A stretch of 25,669 bases of DNA from positions 1 to 25,669 of IMG/VR virus record IMGVR_UViG_3300020438_000244; one strand, 5' to 3'. Of the stretch, positions 1-9,230 are shown piece after piece. The DNA is from a virus (taxonomy: Duplodnaviria > Caudoviricetes). Under the pieces are notes generated by a model. It saw only the letters and a list, made by a program, of their open reading frames with translations, was not told where the DNA came from and did not search any database. The position numbers were made by a program, and so were the translations under genes. Each line of letters starts with the position of its first letter. Positions within the stretch are counted from its first letter, which is position 1.

Positions 1-23
1 ATATTGGATACATATATTGCCAT
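1..23 (-). CDS. 5' end (partial) of next late gene, MAIYVSN..., probably a small virion-associated protein
   Basis: ATG at 23-21 reads ATG GCA ATA TAT GTA TCC AAT and runs off the window edge. It lies 22 nt downstream of a TATAAATA box, matching the spacing of the other two late genes. Only 7 codons are visible. Confidence 0.65.
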
Positions 24-45
24 TATTAATCAATATATTTTTAAA

Positions 46-53
46 TATTTATA
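46..53 (-). promoter_or_regulatory. T4-type late promoter (gp55 sigma) TATAAATA
   Basis: + strand tatttata at 46-53 = TATAAATA on minus. Overlaps the TAA stop of the 66-aa ORF and lies 22 nt upstream of the ATG at 23. Confidence 0.8.
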
Positions 54-249
54 ATCTTTTATTTAACACTTCATGTAAAAGAGATTTTATTTCATCTATA
101 TCAGTTCTTAAACGCTGAATCTCCTCCATTTCCTCATTTTTTTTATTTTTCAATGCCATATATTGACGATAACCTTGGGTGTCATGATTTACTATGGCAC
201 CCGATTTTTCGTCTCTATAAAGATTTTTATGTCCTTCAACAGGTATCAT
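49..249 (-). CDS. Small conserved T4-like cyanophage hypothetical protein (66 aa) with C-terminal coiled coil
   Basis: PVEGHKNLYRDEKSGAIVN N-terminus resembles, from recall, small proteins following the VrlC-like gene in marine T4-likes. Heptad-like EEIQRLRTDIDEIKSLLHEVL. TAATG overlap with the upstream gene stop at 249. Confidence 0.8.
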   Translation of the reverse strand: MIPVEGHKNLYRDEKSGAIVNHDTQGYRQYMALKNKKNEEMEEIQRLRTDIDEIKSLLHEVLNKRL

Positions 250-3200
250 TACGCTAAAGCAATTACTCTAAGATCTTTAAATCTAGGTGGAGTTGATTCA
301 TTAGTTCCACTGATTACAATTTTAACTTGGAATCCAGTAAATCCATCCTCATTATTAGCAGTAAATTCATAATCTAAGAATTGGTTACCTGTGCTAGGAG
401 GAACTAGTACATCAGGTCTTCCACTATTCAACTTAGAATCAATAACTTGTTTTTCAATACCAACATCTTTAAGATTATCATATCCAGGGAATAATTTAAA
501 GACTTCATCAACACCAGTTGAATCTGGTTTAATTAGTCTATACAATACTCTGAAATCAGATGATGCAGGTCTAAAAGCACTTATAAGAACTTTTAATGAA
601 GTTGATTCATTTGTTAAATTAACTACCTGAGAAATATAACATGCTGCATGTGGATCACCTACAAGTGCATTAGATCTAGAATCTCTAGCATAATCCGATA
701 TTGGATTATTTAACCTATTTCTATACAATCTAAATGCTCCATTCATAGTATCTAATACAGGAGATAAATTAGTATCCGATGTACTAAATGATGCTGATAG
801 AGTAACAGATCTATTTTTTGGTAAATTAGTTAGATACGTAGTTTCATCAACATTAGAAGCAAGTAATCTAGGAGAAGATAATCTATTAAGTTTATTGAAC
901 ACTACAGGTTCATATCCAACATCATTGAATGATGATTCATTACCACCATCACTAGTTCCAGTTACACTTCTCAACTTTGCTTCAAGAACTGTTGAACTTC
1001 CTGGTGTCATTACAGAGAATGCTGGCATAAATGAATCATATTGGAAGTTTTGTGTTCCATTTGTAAATGATCCACCAGCAAACATTTCTTCAGTAAAACT
1101 TAATTGATTAACACCAACAGATCTATCTGTAAGATTTGGTCTTCCAGAACCTCTAGGTACTTCTACAAAATAGGTATCAATTGTCTTTAATGCCTTTACT
1201 CCAGATGCAGTAGCCATTGAGTGTGTAGTATTAATACCAGTTAAAGAAATTCCATTATATTCGTATTTAAATATTGAATCTCCACTAGAATGTGAAGAAA
1301 CTGATGTATCAGAAAATCCTCTTGTTCCAATATTAAGTGTACCTGCACCAATACCATTATAGTATATAATTTCTTGCCCTACCTGAGCATATCCTGTACT
1401 GGTTGATATTCCTTCAAATGTTCCAAATACACTAGTATTTGCTACAGAAATAATAGTATCAGTGTTTGAAAGATTTGCACTTAATGTAGTAGGAATACCA
1501 TCAGGTTGTATACCAGTTAAAGTAACTTTATTATTATCTGATGTCATTCCATGGTTATAATTATTAACCTGAACAATATTACCAGAATAAATATCTGAAG
1601 CAAGTGCAGAACTTGTTATTATAGTTGCTGCAGTTCCAACATTATTAATAATGCCATTTGCAGCATCAGAATAGTAAAGAAGTACTTTATTATTAGTAAA
1701 GTTTTCACCTTGAACATTTGTTAGATAAAGTTTATCAATACCTGCTCTATCTGCTACTGTTATCTCAGCATCAGTTCCTTTCTTATCATTTCCTAAATCT
1801 GCAGTGGTAATACCAAGAACATCTCCAACAGCATATCCAGTACCAGTACCTGCAATAGCAACATTAGCAACTTCACCAGAAGCATTAGTTATTACTGTTG
1901 CAGTGGCACCAGAACCATTACCAGTAATAGTCTGTAAATTGACTCCACCGTATGTTTGACTTGGTTCATATCCAGTTCCAACAGCAGCAGTGGTTATACC
2001 GATAATATTTGCTGTTCCTGGATCAGTAACTGTTATGTTCTCAATAGGACCACCAACTGTTTCAATAAATCCTGTTGGATCATCTGGAACATTCATACCT
2101 ACACCATCATCTGTTGAGGCACTAACTTTTATTCCAGAAACTAATTGTGTCTCTAACTGATTAAAAGTAACTCCAACAGTAAGTTTTCTTGGATATGCTG
2201 TAATTGCATTTGAACTTAAAGCAAAATTAGCATTTGAAGTTTGAAGTTTTGGATTATATAAAGTAAGATCTCCTATAGTACCAGTTTTAAATGCACACTT
2301 ATACAAAGTAAACTTCAAGTCTTCTTCCTGTGCAGGAGTCCAAATAGTTCCGTTTTGAGACTTAAATAAACTTCCTCCAATATACTGAGTTCCTACCTTT
2401 CTTCGATTACCTTCACCAAGATCCCTAGTTTCTATAGTTATATCACCAATTCTAGAAATCCATACAGTATACTTAGTAGTTCCAGGTGATAATAATACCA
2501 GAGCATATTCTGTTCCTGCATTTAGATAAATTGGAGATGGGAATTTAATATTAGTTGCAACTGAGGCATCATTTGATACTGTAATATCACTTGAAGGTAC
2601 TATAACTTCAGCATAATCTGCTGCCAATATATCAGTAGGTGTTCCTAGTTCCATGGTTCTAAGTTGAACCGTTACTGGTTGAGAATCATCTTTTGTACCA
2701 AAATAGACATCAACGGATGATAGGAATGCACCAGACTCATCACATCGGAAAGACTGTGCTAGAGGATCCATATACTGTACTGTCCTCTTTGTTCGTCCAA
2801 CAACAACATTAGTTTGTCTAAATGACGTTAAGGTTCCAGCAGTTGTATATTCACCTTCTCCACTACTTACAGACGCTTCATTTCCAGGAAGTGGTGTCTC
2901 ATTACTTAGGGAAGAAGATAATCTAAATGTCTTAGTACCATTTGTAAATCTTAATGGTGGTGCTGGAGATGTTAAAGGATTTCTAACAAAGAATGAACCA
3001 TATACATTTCCAATATCATCACCAATTAATCTTATATTAGTAACTGTTGCTTCTGCATTACTTGTCGAACCAACTAATTTCATTCCATTTTCTAGTCTAC
3101 CAAAATAACTTCCAGTAGCTTCTTCAGTTAATGAACCAATATCAACATTTAATACAGTTGAAGAAGAGGTATAAACTGATGATAAAGAACTTCCTGAATC

Positions 3201-6200
3201 ATATGGATTTACAACATATGGAGTATAACCAGTACTTGTTGAATCATTATAAGTACCTTCTCTATGATTTGCGTTTGCTGTTCTAAATGTAATTACTGGA
3301 TTTGTACTATCACTACCAAGATACCCTTTAACATCTTCAGCCACTGAGAATGTTCCAGAAGTCATTGATATTTCTATCAATTTTGGAATAATATCTATTC
3401 CACTTCTTCCATCAAAGAATGGGTAATATTGTATTCCTGGTTTTAGAGCATGTGCTTTGAAACCAACGTTTCTAGATCTAATATGGGTTTCTGGTACTGT
3501 TCCAGTTAATATAGTTTCAATATATTCACTATCAAATTCAAGAGTAGTTGTTGTTATTGCATTATCTGCTTCAACAACACTAATTACCTCACTTAATTGA
3601 TTATCTAATATTCTTTGGAATTCAGCTGATGGATCTGCTAAAGTATTTCCATCAACAACAGTCCTCTTACCACCATCTACAGTTACTGTTCTTGTCCAAT
3701 TATCTGAAACTGGATCTAAGGCAATCGTTCCATCAAATGCTACAACTTCAAATGGGTTTATATTTTCAACTTGAGATGCAAATGCATTTGCAATCCAATC
3801 AGTTTCTGAATAATCTAGAGTAATTAAATCACCAGTTTTTCTAACATTAGTATCCAATAAAGTTAAATTTTGAGTATAATCTGCGGTGTCTGAATTTATA
3901 GATGGACTTAAACCCAATTCAGGTTTAAAAGTATATCTATCTAAAGGAACAATTAATTCACCATTTACTATATCAACATCAACCTTATTGTCTGGATTTT
4001 GTACATCCATACGACTAATATCTTTAAAATTATCTACAAAGAATCCAGATTTAAACCTATCTCCAACTTCATCTCTAATTTGCAATGTTTTTGTATCAAG
4101 TTCAAGCATAGTTAAACTTGTAACAATCTCTAAATTGGTAATTCTCTTATCAAGTTTACCAATATCTCTCATAGTATATCTTTTATTATCAATTAAATTT
4201 ATTCTTGCATTACTTGGACTATAAAGATAAGCAGGAAGTGTAATTGTTCCTACCTCCATTCCAGTCTCAACCATAGCAGGTGCTTTAGGTTGTAATGAAG
4301 ATACACCTTTTAGGACAGAAAATTCTGGTGTATTATCCTTACCAAGACTAAGAATTAATTTATCAATTCTTGGTAGGTAGAAACTATATCCTAAATTAGA
4401 ATCACCTTCAGGTGAAATTACTAATGTAGATGCATTACCTGCAGTACCAAAATCTCTACTTGAATATACAAACGGAGATACTGTAGTACTACTAAACTCT
4501 GAAACTCTAGGTCTAAAGTCAAGGGTATCAGAAGCTCTAACATTATTTCCTAATAATGGAACATCATCTGAAAATCTAGATTCATCATAAGATTCTACTG
4601 TGAATACATCACCAGTATCATCAGCAGGAACAATATAAGAATTATAAACTACCAATAATCTTTTAGATGGTTTTGCTGTACCTGCTTTTCTAACTATCCT
4701 AGAATAATCATAATATTGTTCTCTTTGCCCCTTATCCAAAGAATATCTATCAGTAATATTAATATTATTACCAGGAGTTATTGCTTGCAAAGTAGTTGTA
4801 ATATTTGATTCATCAAAATTAATTACTTCACCAATATTAAATTTATTAGTATTTAAATAAACAATTTCAACATTGTTTGAACCAGTTCTAGTTACTAATT
4901 GAGCAACAGCTGCACTTTCAGTTCCAGTAATTCTTTCACCAACTACAGAATTAACATCTAAAGATAATCCAGAAACAGTTGTTAATTTATCTAATGTAGG
5001 TGCAGATGTATCTTTCGATTCAAGAACAGCAACAACATTAGCAACATCACAAACATTTAAAGAAATTTCTTTATCTTCTACTCTTAACCCATAGAAATCA
5101 TTTTGAGTTAATCCACTAGTATTTGTGTTTATACCAGTTTGAGTGTGTGTAATTTGAATTTGCTTACTTCTAGAATATTCCTTAATTTTCTCCTTTATTG
5201 TTGCTTTTTCTACAGTAGCATTAATTTTAACGGCTTGACTTCCTAGCAATCCACTAAGAGTCACTTGAGTGGCACCATTAGTTAATGCAAATTGATCTTT
5301 TGTTAAATTTTCTGGAGGACCGCCAGCACTAAGACTATCATAAATTACCGAATATTTTTGAGTATCAAAGTTGCTATAAAAACCACTTGATATTCCTGTT
5401 GGTAAACTAATAGTTACTGAACCATTAGCATCAGTTGTACCTGATAATTGACTTGAAACTAAAAGTTCAGAACCAGAAAAATTAACATCAGAAATGTTTC
5501 TTCTTTCTAATGGAGTATAAAGTCCTTTCTCATCATTATTAACAATTCCTTCAGGTATAATTTTTACCATTGGGCTGGTTGTTGTAAAACCAATAGGTAC
5601 AGCAAAACCACCAACAAGGTTTGCTATTCCTCCTGTAGCCGCAACAGATACTACATTTAATGTTTTTAAATCTGACTCAACTGAGGATACCTCATTTACC
5701 ACAACATTAGCAACACCTTTAACAGCATATTTAACCAAATCACCTTTCTTTACTCCATCAAAAGTAACTCCAGGTCCAGTAATTGTTCCTGAAGTACCTC
5801 CACCAGAACCATCTGTTATTGTAAATTGAGTATTTAAGGGTGTTGTAGGTGTAACTAAAGCATCTTTTAATACAGTATTTGCAGAAAAATCTACAACATT
5901 ACCACTAACAGCAGCTTTTTGAACTATAGATTTTATATCTTGCGAACCATATTGGATTAATGATTTTATAGATCTTGAAAATAAATTAGTCTCATTGATT
6001 AAAACTGCTTCTCCTCTGATAAATGTTCCTGATGTTTGTACTAAACTAACCTCACTACCATTTATATCAACCATATATCCAGTAGCATCACTACTGACAC
6101 CACGTATAAATGAACCATTAGGGCATTGAGCAGCACTTAATGATTCATTTAAAGTTAATACTGTATATGTTTGTACGTCATACAAATATAAATTCCATTC

Positions 6201-7559
6201 ACTATTATTATCAACATAAGGAGTATTTCTTAATCCGACAGAATATACCCTTGCAGTTCCAACTCCAATTGGACTAGCAACATCTTTTCTCTTATTAAAT
6301 AATTGAACAGTGTTTGAAGTCTCATCTAATTTTATTTTTGGTGTACCTGTAACATTATCAACTCTTATTAAACTACCTAGTTCAAATGCTACCTTTGCAG
6401 TATCTACAACTTCCTTTTCTCTTGGTTTATCAATATCTATAACAGTTGTTCCAACACTATTGATACGGAATCCATGAACATATGCTTTTCCTGGATCAAC
6501 TTCTACACATGCTAAATTATCAGTTGGCGTATTATTTTGATCAGTAACCTGATTTGATTTAAATATTCCTTCATTACCAATTCCATCATCTAAAGAATTT
6601 GATACTTTAACATTAAAATTACCTAAAGAATAATTTCCAGATTCCTCAAAAGTTCTTCTTGCAAATTCTTTTGCAATCTCAGAGTAAACAGTAGTATCCT
6701 GTAATTTTTTAAGATCACCATCTCTTAACTTAACAATTTCAATAAAATTAGTATCATTAAAATCTGTAAGTGATTTTTTAGATAATTCAGTAGTAATTTT
6801 TAATCTATCAGCACCTGGAGCAGCATAATTAGAAAATCCCCTAGCATTATCATATAATTCAGAATCTTCCTTTGCAGTAACAATGGTTTCTAAAATACTT
6901 AGTCCAACCCTATATGAAGGTTGATTTGAATATGGATCTAAGATGATAGTATCTGCTGTTACAGTAACAAAAGAACCTCTAATGAAATATACACCAGTTT
7001 CTATCTTTACGGCACTACCAGTGGCAGCAGCATCGGTATCTATGGCATTAGCAACACTATCTCCAACAGTGATAGTAGTATTTCCATAAACAATATTTTC
7101 TTGAGCGATTAAAGGTTCGCTATCTGATATAAATGCTTCTAAATTATCATTACTTCCCGTTAAGTACTTTATAAACAAAGTTACATGAGTAATATCAGTA
7201 GAATCTGTAGGATATTTGCAATCATTAACTAAGAACTCTACTCCACTATTTTGTCCTTTTAATTTTTTACCTTTTAACTGAGAAAGATAAAGAGAAACTG
7301 GAAGTCCTAAATGTTCTGATTCTATTTTAACCGAGAAATATTGACTATCATACGCTACAGAACCAGGTATAACCATAGTTCCTTCTTTGAACATATGATC
7401 GCCAAAGGATTCAACCTGATTTTGCAGGATGGACTGGAGAGTTGTTAATTCTCTAGCTTGGACAGGTCTTCCTGGTCTAAAAAGAACCTTATAGAAATTA
7501 TCATCCGCATTAAAGTCGTCATAATAAGGACTTATATTTAAGTTAGTTTTCTGTGGCAT
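249..7559 (-). CDS. Large virion structural protein, VrlC-like / DUF4815 family (2436 aa), baseplate/tail associated
   Basis: Uninterrupted 7.3-kb ORF. Motifs PYYDDF...FYKVLFRPGRPVQARELTTLQSILQNQ, APGADRLKI, FARRTFEESGNY, DRFKSGFFVDNF, DPLAQSF, GSLFKSQNGTIWTP and C-terminal PRFKDLRVIALA. Lies directly after gp8, as in T4-like cyanophages. Confidence 0.85.
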   Translation of the reverse strand: MPQKTNLNISPYYDDFNADDNFYKVLFRPGRPVQARELTTLQSILQNQVESFGDHMFKEGTMVIPGSVAYDSQYFSVKIESEHLGLPVSLYLSQLKGKKLKGQNSGVEFLVNDCKYPTDSTDITHVTLFIKYLTGSNDNLEAFISDSEPLIAQENIVYGNTTITVGDSVANAIDTDAAATGSAVKIETGVYFIRGSFVTVTADTIILDPYSNQPSYRVGLSILETIVTAKEDSELYDNARGFSNYAAPGADRLKITTELSKKSLTDFNDTNFIEIVKLRDGDLKKLQDTTVYSEIAKEFARRTFEESGNYSLGNFNVKVSNSLDDGIGNEGIFKSNQVTDQNNTPTDNLACVEVDPGKAYVHGFRINSVGTTVIDIDKPREKEVVDTAKVAFELGSLIRVDNVTGTPKIKLDETSNTVQLFNKRKDVASPIGVGTARVYSVGLRNTPYVDNNSEWNLYLYDVQTYTVLTLNESLSAAQCPNGSFIRGVSSDATGYMVDINGSEVSLVQTSGTFIRGEAVLINETNLFSRSIKSLIQYGSQDIKSIVQKAAVSGNVVDFSANTVLKDALVTPTTPLNTQFTITDGSGGGTSGTITGPGVTFDGVKKGDLVKYAVKGVANVVVNEVSSVESDLKTLNVVSVAATGGIANLVGGFAVPIGFTTTSPMVKIIPEGIVNNDEKGLYTPLERRNISDVNFSGSELLVSSQLSGTTDANGSVTISLPTGISSGFYSNFDTQKYSVIYDSLSAGGPPENLTKDQFALTNGATQVTLSGLLGSQAVKINATVEKATIKEKIKEYSRSKQIQITHTQTGINTNTSGLTQNDFYGLRVEDKEISLNVCDVANVVAVLESKDTSAPTLDKLTTVSGLSLDVNSVVGERITGTESAAVAQLVTRTGSNNVEIVYLNTNKFNIGEVINFDESNITTTLQAITPGNNINITDRYSLDKGQREQYYDYSRIVRKAGTAKPSKRLLVVYNSYIVPADDTGDVFTVESYDESRFSDDVPLLGNNVRASDTLDFRPRVSEFSSTTVSPFVYSSRDFGTAGNASTLVISPEGDSNLGYSFYLPRIDKLILSLGKDNTPEFSVLKGVSSLQPKAPAMVETGMEVGTITLPAYLYSPSNARINLIDNKRYTMRDIGKLDKRITNLEIVTSLTMLELDTKTLQIRDEVGDRFKSGFFVDNFKDISRMDVQNPDNKVDVDIVNGELIVPLDRYTFKPELGLSPSINSDTADYTQNLTLLDTNVRKTGDLITLDYSETDWIANAFASQVENINPFEVVAFDGTIALDPVSDNWTRTVTVDGGKRTVVDGNTLADPSAEFQRILDNQLSEVISVVEADNAITTTTLEFDSEYIETILTGTVPETHIRSRNVGFKAHALKPGIQYYPFFDGRSGIDIIPKLIEISMTSGTFSVAEDVKGYLGSDSTNPVITFRTANANHREGTYNDSTSTGYTPYVVNPYDSGSSLSSVYTSSSTVLNVDIGSLTEEATGSYFGRLENGMKLVGSTSNAEATVTNIRLIGDDIGNVYGSFFVRNPLTSPAPPLRFTNGTKTFRLSSSLSNETPLPGNEASVSSGEGEYTTAGTLTSFRQTNVVVGRTKRTVQYMDPLAQSFRCDESGAFLSSVDVYFGTKDDSQPVTVQLRTMELGTPTDILAADYAEVIVPSSDITVSNDASVATNIKFPSPIYLNAGTEYALVLLSPGTTKYTVWISRIGDITIETRDLGEGNRRKVGTQYIGGSLFKSQNGTIWTPAQEEDLKFTLYKCAFKTGTIGDLTLYNPKLQTSNANFALSSNAITAYPRKLTVGVTFNQLETQLVSGIKVSASTDDGVGMNVPDDPTGFIETVGGPIENITVTDPGTANIIGITTAAVGTGYEPSQTYGGVNLQTITGNGSGATATVITNASGEVANVAIAGTGTGYAVGDVLGITTADLGNDKKGTDAEITVADRAGIDKLYLTNVQGENFTNNKVLLYYSDAANGIINNVGTAATIITSSALASDIYSGNIVQVNNYNHGMTSDNNKVTLTGIQPDGIPTTLSANLSNTDTIISVANTSVFGTFEGISTSTGYAQVGQEIIYYNGIGAGTLNIGTRGFSDTSVSSHSSGDSIFKYEYNGISLTGINTTHSMATASGVKALKTIDTYFVEVPRGSGRPNLTDRSVGVNQLSFTEEMFAGGSFTNGTQNFQYDSFMPAFSVMTPGSSTVLEAKLRSVTGTSDGGNESSFNDVGYEPVVFNKLNRLSSPRLLASNVDETTYLTNLPKNRSVTLSASFSTSDTNLSPVLDTMNGAFRLYRNRLNNPISDYARDSRSNALVGDPHAACYISQVVNLTNESTSLKVLISAFRPASSDFRVLYRLIKPDSTGVDEVFKLFPGYDNLKDVGIEKQVIDSKLNSGRPDVLVPPSTGNQFLDYEFTANNEDGFTGFQVKIVISGTNESTPPRFKDLRVIALA

Positions 7560-7562
7560 TTT

Positions 7563-9197
7563 TTAGAATTCCAGAATAATTTTTACGTCTTCTTTTTGTC
7601 TTTCATCTCTAGTAATTAAAGATCTATTATCCAAATAGATAATATCACCAGACTCATTATTTATTTCAGATTCAGCAACCCCATTTTCAAACTCGACTCC
7701 GAGTTCAACAATTTTGTTTCCTGTTGGGTTTGTAGTAATTCCAGAGAATGAAGTATTTATTCCTACAGTATATTTTCCCCCTATTTCTAAAATACTATTA
7801 GTACCTGAAATAGTATAAATTTGTCCAGTAACAGGGTCTGCTTCTCGTGATAGATTTGCGGAATCAGTTGCAAAATCATTTGTACTAGAATTATATAAAG
7901 ATCTATCTTGAGAATATTTTAAAACAGCAATTTGAGGTTCAGTTTGAGATAATACATCATATGAAACAACATATCCTCTAGCAAATCCAATGACATTTTG
8001 ACTATCATCTTTTACATCTTGCCTAATTTCATCACCAGGAACTACTGATAAAGGATTATCTGCTAAATTGCTAAGATACAATGCTTTAGTAGAGGAAAAT
8101 GTATTACCCGTAAATACATTAGTAGAACCAATTGAAGTTGGATTCTTAACTATTGCAATTTGAGAAAATTTAGTGTCTACTGGAAAGTCTTTTGTAGCAT
8201 CATCAAATCTAGAATAAATTAGAACCCTATCAGCACCTAATTCCTTATATAAGTCATGTCCATGACCTTTAGATGGTGGAATAATTGGAATTAATTTTGC
8301 AGGTGTGTTTCCATCAAGTGCTGTGTTATTAATAACATCAAGATTAACTTTTCCATAAGTATAACCTTTTCCACCAACAGAAACTTGAGTTTTAGTTATT
8401 TTAGCACCAACAACATCAACTATAACTTTGGCACCACTTCCATCTCCAATAATAGGAAACTCTTGTCCCACACCAGTAACATATCCATCTCCTTGTGCAG
8501 CAATATAAACTTCTTTAATCTGATTATTGTTAATATCAGAATTACCATTATCTCTAACAGACTGTATTTGAGCATCCGTTGATGTTGCCCAATCATTAGG
8601 AAGAGGTATATATTCAGTGGAATCAAACTTTATAATATCGCTTGGTCTAACACTAAACAAATACTTCCATACATAACCATCATTTGATGCACCATCTGCA
8701 GCAGAAGGTTCTAAACCAGTAAATAATGGTTCATTTTGAGAACGATTTCCTGTAGTACTAATTCCAGAAGAACCGTTATTCAAACAAACATAAACATTAA
8801 AGTCTTTATTAAGTACATAATAATTTGCATCATATAATCTAGACGAATTTGTTAATGGAGATTGATTAGCAGTACTATAATCTTGACGATATATCTCATA
8901 TCTATTTCCTTGAGTCCAAGTTATTTTTCTAATAACTCTTCTAATATTTTCCGCAGATATTTTCTTACCATAAATCATAGTATCTTTACTATGATCTAGA
9001 TAATTAAAATTATCAGTAGGACTTGGAGGACTTGCATTCCATGTTGCTTCATCCTTACTTCTACCATAATGATAAGTTCCAATACCAGGATTTGTTAATC
9101 CAACAACTACATAATAAGAATTTGAGGTGTCATTAACATCCCCCAAAAAATTACTAGCATTATTGATTCTAAACTGATCTGTTACAATTGCCGCCAT
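7563..9197 (-). CDS. gp8: Baseplate wedge subunit gp8 (544 aa)
   Basis: Motifs YYVLNKDFNVYVCLNN, DGYVWKYLF and C-terminal SGDIIYLDNRSLITR...EDVKIILEF resemble T4 gp8-family proteins. Synteny gp6-gp7-gp8. Confidence 0.88.
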   Translation of the reverse strand: MAAIVTDQFRINNASNFLGDVNDTSNSYYVVVGLTNPGIGTYHYGRSKDEATWNASPPSPTDNFNYLDHSKDTMIYGKKISAENIRRVIRKITWTQGNRYEIYRQDYSTANQSPLTNSSRLYDANYYVLNKDFNVYVCLNNGSSGISTTGNRSQNEPLFTGLEPSAADGASNDGYVWKYLFSVRPSDIIKFDSTEYIPLPNDWATSTDAQIQSVRDNGNSDINNNQIKEVYIAAQGDGYVTGVGQEFPIIGDGSGAKVIVDVVGAKITKTQVSVGGKGYTYGKVNLDVINNTALDGNTPAKLIPIIPPSKGHGHDLYKELGADRVLIYSRFDDATKDFPVDTKFSQIAIVKNPTSIGSTNVFTGNTFSSTKALYLSNLADNPLSVVPGDEIRQDVKDDSQNVIGFARGYVVSYDVLSQTEPQIAVLKYSQDRSLYNSSTNDFATDSANLSREADPVTGQIYTISGTNSILEIGGKYTVGINTSFSGITTNPTGNKIVELGVEFENGVAESEINNESGDIIYLDNRSLITRDERQKEDVKIILEF

Positions 9198-9217
9198 CGT
9201 CTATAGCTTTTTTTCTT

Positions 9218-9225
9218 TATTTATA
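9218..9225 (-). promoter_or_regulatory. T4-type late promoter TATAAATA upstream of gp8
   Basis: tatttata at 9218-9225 in the 33-nt gp7/gp8 intergenic gap, 20 nt upstream of the gp8 ATG. Confidence 0.85.
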
Positions 9226-9230
9226 CTAAT

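Noticed and set aside
163-4224. Plus-strand ORFs 163-372, 391-630, 895-1107, 3629-3823 and 3886-4224
   Set aside because: They are antisense to the 2436-aa and 66-aa genes, have no recognisable motifs, and are typical shadow frames.
7658-7761. AATAAATA matches at 7658-7665 and 7754-7761 as possible late promoters for the 2436-aa gene
   Set aside because: They are imperfect, intragenic, 100-200 nt from the ATG (unlike the 20-24 nt spacing of the three good sites), and expected by chance in AT-rich coding DNA.
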